DNA of 64,000 nt from Auanema rhodensis (Eukaryota; Animalia; Nematoda): contig OZ059899.1 of NCBI GenBank assembly GCA_964057225.1, positions 620,001 to 684,000 on the forward strand, read 5' to 3'. How positions within the stretch are numbered: the first letter of the stretch is position 1; each line of letters opens with the position of its first letter. A model generated the notes under the pieces. The model worked only from the letters and a program-made list of their open reading frames with translations, did not search any database and had not been told where the DNA came from. The position numbers were made by a program, and so were the translations under genes. Positions 54,801 through 64,000 of the stretch are shown piece after piece.

Positions 54801-57800
54801 CTTTATCTTTCACGTGAAGCGAGTTACATACCAAGTGCACATCACGTGTACATTTAATTAGCATAAATCAAAGTTCACGTGAATTTCAAAGTCATGGTTA
54901 CCATGAACCAATATCAATAAAAATTTGTTTTTAGACTAATATGGACATGGGGAATCTAATTTTGAAAACCGCATCTTTTTATCTTTCACGTGAAGCGAGT
55001 TACATACCAAGTGCACATCACGTGTACATTTAATTAGCATAAATTAAAGTTCACGTAAATTTCAAAGTCATGGTTACCATGCACCAATATCAATAAAAAT
55101 TTGTTTTTAGACTAATATGGACATGGGGAATCTAATTTTGAAAACCGCATCTCTTTATCTTTCACGTGAAGCGAGTTACATACCAAGTGCACATCACGTG
55201 TACATTTAATTAGCATAAATCAAAGTTCACGTAAATTTCAAAGTCATGGTTACCATGAACCAATATCAATAAAAATTTGTTTTTAGACTAATATGGACAT
55301 GGGGAATCTAATTTTGAAAACCGCATCTTTTTATCTTTCACGTGAAGCGAGTTACATACCAAGTGCACATCACGTGTACATTTAATTAGCATAAATTAAA
55401 GTTCACGTAAATTTCAAAGTCATGGTTACCATGCACCAATATCAATAAAAATTTGTTTTCAGACTAATATGGACATGGGGAATCTAATTTTGAAAACCGC
55501 ATCTCTTTATCTTTCACGTGAAGCGAGTTACATACCAAGTGCACATCACGTGTACATTTAATTAGCATAAATTAAAGTTCACGTAAATTTCAAAGTCATG
55601 GTTACCATGAACCAATATCAATAAAAATTTGTTTTTAGACTAATATGGACATGGGGAATCTAATTTTGAAAACCGCATCTCTTTATCTTTCACGTGAAGC
55701 GAGTTACATACCAAGTGCACATCACGTGTACATTTAATTAGCATAAATCAAAGTTCACGTGAATTTCAAAGTCATGGTTACCATGAACCAATATCAATAA
55801 AAATTTGTTTTTAGACTAATATGGACATGGGGAATCTAATTTTGAAAACCGCATCTTTTTATCTTTCACGTGAAGCGAGTTACATACCAAGTGCACATCA
55901 CGTGTACATTTAATTAGCATAAATTAAAGTTCACGTAAATTTCAAAGTCATGGTTACCATGAACCAATATCAATAAAAATTTGTTTTTAGACTAATATGG
56001 ACATGGGGAATCTAATTTTGAAAACCGCATCTCTTTATCTTTCACGTTAAGCGAGTTACATACCAAGAGCACATCACGTGTACATTTAATTAGCATAAAT
56101 TAAAGTTCACGTAAATTTCAAAGTCATGGTTACCATGAACCAATATCAATAAAAATTTGTTTTTAGACTAATATGGACATGGGGAATCTAATTTTGAAAA
56201 CCGCATCTCTTTATCTTTCACGTGAAGCGAGTTACATACCAAGTGCACATCACGTGTACATTTAATTAGCATAAATTAAAGTTCACGTAAATTTCAAAGT
56301 CATGGTTACCATGAACCAATATCAATAAAAATTTGTTTTTAGACTAATATGGACATGGGGAATCTAATTTTGAAAACCGCATTTCTTTATCTTTCACGTG
56401 AAGCGAGTTACATACCAAGTGCACATCACGTGTACATTTAATTAGCATAAATTAAAGTTCACGTAAATTTCAAAGTCATGGTTACCATGAACCAATATCA
56501 ATAAAAATTTGTTTTTAGACTAATATGGACATGGGGAATCTAATTTTGAAAACCGCATCTCTTTATCTTTCACGTGAAGCGAGTTACATACCAAGTGCAC
56601 ATCACGTGTACATTTAATTAGCATAAATTAAAGTTCACGTAAATTTCAAAGTCATGGTTACCATGCACCAATATCAATAAAAATTTGTTTTTAGACTAAT
56701 ATGGACATGGGGAATCTAATTTTGAAAACCGCATCTCTTTATCTTTCACGTGAAGCGAGTTACATACCAAGTGCACATCACGTGTACATTTAATTAGCAT
56801 AAATTAAAGTTCACGTAAATTTCAAAGTCATGGTTACCATGCACCAATATCAATAAAAATTTGTTTTTAGACTAATATGGACATGGGGAATCTAATTTTG
56901 AAAACCGCATTTCTTTATCTTTCACGTGAAGCGAGTTACATACCAAGTGCACATCACGTGTACATTTAATTAGCATAAATTAAAGTTCACGTAAATTTCA
57001 AAGTCATGGTTACCATGCACCAATATCAATAAAAATTTGTTTTTAGACTAATATGGACATGGGGAATCTAATTTTGAAAACCGCATCTCTTTATCTTTCA
57101 CGTGAAGCGAGTTACATACCAAGTGCACATCACGTGTACATTTAATTAGCATAAATCAAAGTTCACGTAAATTTCAAAGTCATGGTTACCATGAACCAAT
57201 ATCAATAAAAATTTGTTTTTAGACTAATATGGACATGGGGAATCTAATTTTGAAAACCGCATCTTTTTATCTTTCACGTGAAGCGAGTTACATACCAAGT
57301 GCACATCACGTGTACATTTAATTAGCATAAATTAAAGTTCACGTAAATTTCAAAGTCATGGTTACCATGCACCAATATCAATAAAAATTTGTTTTTAGAC
57401 TAATATGGACATGGGGAATCTAATTTTGAAAACCGCATCTCTTTATCTTTCACGTGAAGCGAGTTACATACCAAGTGCACATCACGTGTACATTTAATTA
57501 GCATAAATTAAAGTTCACGTAAATTTCAAAGTCATGGTTACCATGCACCAATATCAATAAAAATTTGTTTTTAGACTAATATGGACATGGGGAATCTAAT
57601 TTTGAAAACCGCATCTCTTTATCTTTCACGTGAAGCGAGTTACATACCAAGTGCACATCACGTGTACATTTAATTAGCATAAATCAAAGTTCACGTAAAT
57701 TTCAAAGTCATGGTTACCATGAACCAATATCAATAAAAATTTGTTTTTAGACTAATATGGACATGGGGAATCTAATTTTGAAAACCGCATCTTTTTATCT

Positions 57801-58199
57801 TTCACGTGAAGCGAGTTACATACCAAGTGCACATCACGTGTACATTTAATTAGCATAAATTAAAGTTCACGTAAATTTCAAAGTCATGGTTACCATGAAC
57901 CAATATCAATAAAAATTTGTTTTTAGACTAATATGGACATGGGGAATCTAATTTTGAAAACCGCATCTCTTTATCTTTCACGTGAAGCGAGTTACATACC
58001 AAGTGCACATCACGTGTACATTTAATTAGCATAAATTAAAGTTCACGTAAATTTCAAAGTCATGGTTACCATGAACCAATATCAATAAAAATTTGTTTTT
58101 AGACTAATATGGACATGGGGAATCTAATTTTGAAAACCGCATCTCTTTATCTTTCACGTGAAGCGAGTTACATACCAAGTGCACATCACGTGTACATTT

Positions 58200-61100
58200 A
58201 ATTAGCATAAATTAAAGTTCACCTAAATTTCAAAGTCATGGTTACCATGAACCAATATCAATAAAAATTTGTTTTTAGACTAATATGGACATGGGGAATC
58301 TGATTTTGAAAACCGCATCTCTTTATCTTTCACGTGAAGCGAGTTACATACCAAGTGCACATCACGTGTACATTTAATTAGCATAAATTTAAGTTCACCT
58401 AAATTTCAAAGTCATGGTTACCATGAACCAATATCAATAAAAATTTGTTTTTAGACTAATATGGACATGGGGAATCTGATTTTGAAAACCGCATCTCTTT
58501 ATCTTTCACGTGAAGCGAGTTACATACCAAGTGCACATCACGTGTACATTTAATTAGCATAAATTAAAGTTCACCTAAATTTCAAAGTCATGGTTACCAT
58601 GAACCAATATCAATAAAAATTGGTTTTTAGACTAATATGGACATGGGGAATCTAATTTTGAAAACCGCATCTCTTTATCTTTCACGTGAAGCGAGTTACA
58701 TACTGAGTGCACATCACGTGTACATTTAATTAGCATAAATTAAAGTTCACGTAAATTTCAAAGTCATGGTTACCATGCACCAATATCAATAAAAATTTGT
58801 TTTTAGACTAATATGGACATGGGGAATCTAATTTTGAAAACCGCATCTCTTTATCTTTCACGTGAAGCGAGTTACATACCAAGTGCACATCACGTGTACA
58901 TTTAATTAGCATAAATTAAAGTTCACGTAAATTTCAAAGTCATGGTTATCATGAACCAATATCAATAAAAATTTGTTTTTAGACTAATATGGACATGGGG
59001 AATCTAATTTTGAAAACCGCATCTCTTTATCTTTCACGTGAAGCGAGTTACATACCAAGTGCACATCACGTGTACATTTAATTAGCATAAATTAAAGTTC
59101 ACGTAAATTTCAAAGTCATGGTTACCATGCACCAATATCAATAAAAATTTGTTTTTAGACTAATATGGACATGGGGAATCTAATTTTGAAAACCGCATCT
59201 CTTTATCTTTCACGTGAAGCGAGTTACATACCAAGTGCACATCACGTGTACATTTAATTAGCATAAATTAAAGTTTACGTAAATTTCAAAGTCATGGTTA
59301 CCATGAACCAATATCAATAAAAATTTGTTTTTAGACTAATATGGACATGGGGAATCTAATTTTGAAAACCGCATCTCTTTATCTTTCACGTGAAGCGAGT
59401 TACATACCAAGTGCACATCACGTGTACATTTAATTAGCATAAATTAAAGTTCACGTAAATTTCAAAATCATGGTTATCATGAATTAATATCAATAAAAAT
59501 TTGTTTTTAGACTAATATGGACATGGGGATTCTAATTTTGAAAACCGCATCTCTTTATCTTTCACGTGAAGCGAGTTACATACCAAGTGCACATCACGTG
59601 TACATTTAATTAGCATAAATTAAAGTTCACGTAAATTTCAAAGTCATGGTTACCATGCACCAATATCAATAAAAATTTGTTTTTAGACTAATATGGACAT
59701 GGGGAATCTAATTTTGAAAACCGCATCTCTTTATCTTTCACGTGAAGCGAGTTACATACCAAGTGCACATCACGTGTACATTTAATTAGCATAAATTAAA
59801 GTTCACCTAAATTTCAAAGTCATGGTTACCATGAACCAATATCAATAAAAATTGGTTTTTAGACTAATATGGACATGGGGAATCTAATTTTGAAAACCGC
59901 ATCTCTTTATCTTTCACGTGAAGCGAGTTACATACCAAGTGCACATCACGTGTACATTTAATTAGCATAAATTAAAGTTCACGTAAATTTCAAAATCATG
60001 GTTATCATGAATTAATATCAATAAAAATTTGTTTTTAGACTAATATGGACATGGGGATTCTAATTTTGAAACTCGCATCTCTTTATCTTTCACGTGAAGC
60101 GAGTTACATACCAAGTGCACATCACGTGTACATTCAATTAGCATAAATTAAAGTTCACGTAAATTTCAAAGTCATGGTTACCATGCACCAATATCAATAA
60201 AAATTTGTTTTTAGACTAATATGGACATGGGGAATCTAATTTTGAAAACCGCATCTCTTTATCTTTCACGTGAAGCGAGTTACATACGAAGTGCACATCA
60301 CGTGTACATTTAATTAGCATAAATTAAAGTTCACGTAAATTTCAAAGTCATGGTTACCATGAACCAATATCAATAAAAATTTGTTTTTAGACTAATATGG
60401 ACATGGGGAATCCAATTTTGAAAACCGCATCTCTTTATCTTTCACGTGAAGCGAGTTACATACCAAGTGCACATCACGTGTACATTTAATTAGCATAAAT
60501 TAAAGTTCACGTAAATTTCAAAGTCATGGTTACCATGCACCAATATCAATAAAAATTTGTTTTTAGACTAGTATGGACATGGGGAATCTGATTTTGAAAA
60601 CCGCATCTCTTTATCTTTCACGTGAAGCGAGTTACATACCAAGTGCACATCACGTGTACATTTAATTAGCATAAATTAAAGTGCACGTAATATTCAAAGT
60701 CATGGTTACCATGCACCAATATCAATAAAAATTTGTTTTTAGACTAATATGGACATGGGGAATCTAATTTTGAAAACCGCATCTCTTTATCTTTCACGTG
60801 AAGCGAGTTACATACCAAGTGCACATCACGTGTACATTTAATTAGCATAAATTAAAGTTTACGTAAATTTCAAAGTCATGGTTACCATGAACCAATATCA
60901 ATAAAAATTTGTTTTTAGACTAATATGGACATGGGGAATCTAATTTTGAAAACCGCATCTTTTTATCTTTCACGTGAAGCGAGTTACATACCAAGTGCAC
61001 ATCACGTGTACATTTAATTAGCATAAATTAAAGTTCACGTAAATTTCAAAATCATGGTTATCATGAATTAATATCAATAAAAATTTGTTTTTAGACTAAT

Positions 61101-64000
61101 ATGGACATGGGGATTCTAATTTTGAAACTCGCATCTCTTTATCTTTCACGTGAAGCAAGTTACATACCAAGTGCACATCACGTGTACATTTAATTAGCAT
61201 AAATTAAAGTTCACGTAAATTTCAAAGTCATGGTTACCATGCACCAATATCAATAAAAATTTGTTTTTAGACTAATATGGACATGGGGAATCTAATTTTG
61301 AAAACCGCATCTCTTTATCTTTCACGTGAAGCGAGTTACACACCAAGTGCACATCACGTGTACATTTAATTAGCATAAATTAAAGTTCACGTAAATTTCA
61401 AAGTCATGGTTACTATGAACCAATATCAATAAAAATTTGTTTTTAGACTAATATGGACATGGGGAATCCAATTTTGAAAACCGCATCTCTTTATCTTTCA
61501 CGTGAAGCGAGTTACATACCAAGTGCACATCACGTGTACATTTAATTAGCATAAATTAAAGTTCACGTAAATTTCAAAGTCATGGTTACCATGCACCAAT
61601 ATCAATAAAAATTTGTTTTTAGACTAGTATGGACATGGGGAATCTGATTTTGAAAACCGCATCTCTTTATCTTTCACGTGAAGCGAGTTACATACCAAGT
61701 GCACATCACGTGTACATTTAATTAGCATAAATTAAAGTTCACGTAAATTTCAAAATCATGGTTATCATGAATTAATATCAATAAAAAATTTGTTTTTAGA
61801 CTAATATGGACATGGGGATTCTAATTTTGAAAACCGCATCTCTTTATCTTTCACGTGAAGCGAGTTACATACCAAGTGCACATCACGTGTACATTTAATT
61901 AGCATAAATTAAAGTTCACGTAAATTTCAAAGTCATGGTTACCATGAACCAATATCAATAAAAATTTGTTTTTAGACTAATATGGACATGGGGAATCTAA
62001 TTTTGAAAACCGCATCTTTTTATCTTTCACGTGAAGCGAGTTACATACCAAGTGCACATCACGTGTACATTTAATTAGCATAAATTAAAGTTCACGTAAA
62101 TTTCAAAATCATGGTTATCATGAATTAATATCAATAAAAATTTGTTTTTAGACTAATATGGACATGGGGATTCTAATTTTGAAACTCGCATCTCTTTATC
62201 TTTCACGTGAAGCAAGTTACATACCAAGTGCACATCACGTGTACATTTAATTAGCATAAATTAAAGTTCACGTAAATTTCAAAGTCATGGTTACCATGCA
62301 CCAATATCAATAAAAATTTGTTTTTAGACTAATATGGACATGGGGAATCTAATTTTGAAAACCGCATCTCTTTATCTTTCACGTGAAGCGAGTTACACAC
62401 CAAGTGCACATCACGTGTACATTTAATTAGCATAAATTAAAGTTCACGTAAATTTCAAAGTCATGGTTACTATGAACCAATATCAATAAAAATTTGTTTT
62501 TAGACTAATATGGACATGGGGAATCCAATTTTGAAAACCGCATCTCTTTATCTTTCACGTGAAGCGAGTTACATACCAAGTGCACATCACGTGTACATTT
62601 AATTAGCATAAATTAAAGTTCACGTAAATTTCAAAGTCATGGTTACCATGCACCAATATCAATAAAAATTTGTTTTTAGACTAGTATGGACATGGGGAAT
62701 CTGATTTTGAAAACCGCATCTCTTTATCTTTCACGTGAAGCGAGTTACATACCAAGTGCACATCACGTGTACATTTAATTAGCATAAATTAAAGTTCACG
62801 TAAATTTCAAAATCATGGTTATCATGAATTAATATCAATAAAAAATTTGTTTTAAGACTAATATGGACATGGGGATTCTAATTTTGAAAACCGCATCTCT
62901 TTATCTTTCACGTGAAGCGAGTTACATACCAAGTGCACATCACGTGTACATTTAATTAGCATAAATTAAAGTTCACCTAAATTTCAAAGTCATGGTTACC
63001 ATGAACCAATATCAATAAAAATTTGTTTTTAGACTAATATGGACATGGGGAATCTAATTTTGAATACCGCATCTCTTTATCTTTCACGTGAAGCGAGTTA
63101 CATACCAAGTGCACATCACGTGTACATTTAATTAGCATAAATTAAAGTTCACGTAAATTTCAAAATCATGGTTATCATGAATTAATATCAATAAAAATTT
63201 GTTTTTAGACTAATATGGACATGGGGATTCTAATTTTGAAACTCGCATCTCTTTATCTTTCACGTGAAGCGAGTTACATACCAAGTGCACATCACGTGTA
63301 CATTTAATTAGCATAAATTAAAGTGCACGTAAATTTCAAAGTCATGGTTACCATGAACCAATATCAATGAAAATTTGTTTTTAGACTAATATGGACATGA
63401 AGAATCTAATTTTGAAAACCGCATCTCTTTATCTTTCACGTGAAGCGAGTTACATACCAAGTGCACATCACGTGTACATTTAATTAGCATAAATTAAAGT
63501 TCACGTAAATTTCAAAATCATGGTTATCATGAATTAATATCAATAAAAATTTGTTTTTAGACTAATATGGACATGGGGATTCTAATTTTGAAAATCGCAT
63601 CTCTTTATCTTTCACGTGAAGCGAGTTACATACCAAGTGCACATCACGTGTACATTTAATTAGCATAAATTAAAGTGCACGTAAATTTCAAAGTCATGGT
63701 TACCATGAACCAATATCAATGAAAATTTGTTTGTAGACTAATATGGACATGGGGAATCTAATTTTGAAAACCGCATCTCTTTATCTTTCACGTGAAGCGA
63801 GTTACATACCAAGTGAACATCACGTGTACATTTAATTAGCATAAATTAAAGTTCACCTAAATTTCAAAGTCATGGTTACCATGAACCAATATCAATAAAA
63901 ATTTGTTTTTAGACTAATATGGACTAGGGGAATCTAATTTTGAAAACCGCATCTCTTTATCTTTCACGTGAAGCGAGTTACATACCAAGTGCACATCACG
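58200..64000. repeat. Distinct, more divergent satellite sub-domain (different variant set)
   Basis: Variants CACCTAAA, CAAAATCATGGTTATCATGAATTAAT, GGGGATTCT, GAAACTCG, CTAGTATGG and AAGTGCACGT appear only from about 58223 onward. Confidence 0.85.

Larger units (their letters stand above)
1..64000. repeat. 176-bp tandem satellite DNA array (centromere/heterochromatin-like), ~365 monomers, extends beyond both window edges
   Basis: GAAAACCGCATCTC recurs at 1, 177, 353, 529, 705, 881 and onward (period 176) to the end of the window. Consensus GAAAACCGCATCTCTTTATCTTTCACGTGAAGCGAGTTACATACCAAGTGCACATCACGTGTACATTTAATTAGCATAAATTAAAGTTCACGTAAATTTCAAAGTCATGGTTACCATG(C/A)ACCAATATCAATAAAAATTTGTTTTTAGACTAATATGGACATGGGGAATCTAATTTT, 57/176 G+C. 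No inversion seen. Centromeric function is inferred only from nucleosome-scale length, AT richness and homogeneity. Confidence 0.99.

Noticed and set aside
1-64000. Protein-coding ORFs in the satellite or insertion
   Set aside because: Stop codons are frequent on both strands, unit lengths (176, 20) are not multiples of three, and there is no coding-like sequence.

Overview
The whole 64-kb window is a single head-to-tail array of a 176-bp, ~32% GC satellite (about 365 monomers, one orientation, most differing from consensus at only a few sites). It looks like eukaryotic centromeric or heterochromatic satellite DNA, and I cannot assign the family or organism. There are no genes. The only foreign sequence is a single-copy 198-bp insertion at 10714-10911, flanked by a duplicated ACGTG. 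It is built from nine copies of an invariant 19-nt core (TATAACCTGTGATTCGAAC) that differ only in the 0-2 nt joining them, which suggests repeated copying of one short template by a telomerase-like or template-jumping polymerase. Other structure includes a 77-bp deletion with a 20-bp locally templated filler, amplified to 10 copies (25.8-51.8 kb), and two single deletions. All four rearrangements have a breakpoint in the same palindrome-rich 13 bp of the monomer. Shared variants reveal nested block duplications (3, 6, 8, 10, 12, 16 and 23 monomers, plus a 12,268-bp offset) and an abrupt switch to a different variant set at ~58.2 kb.
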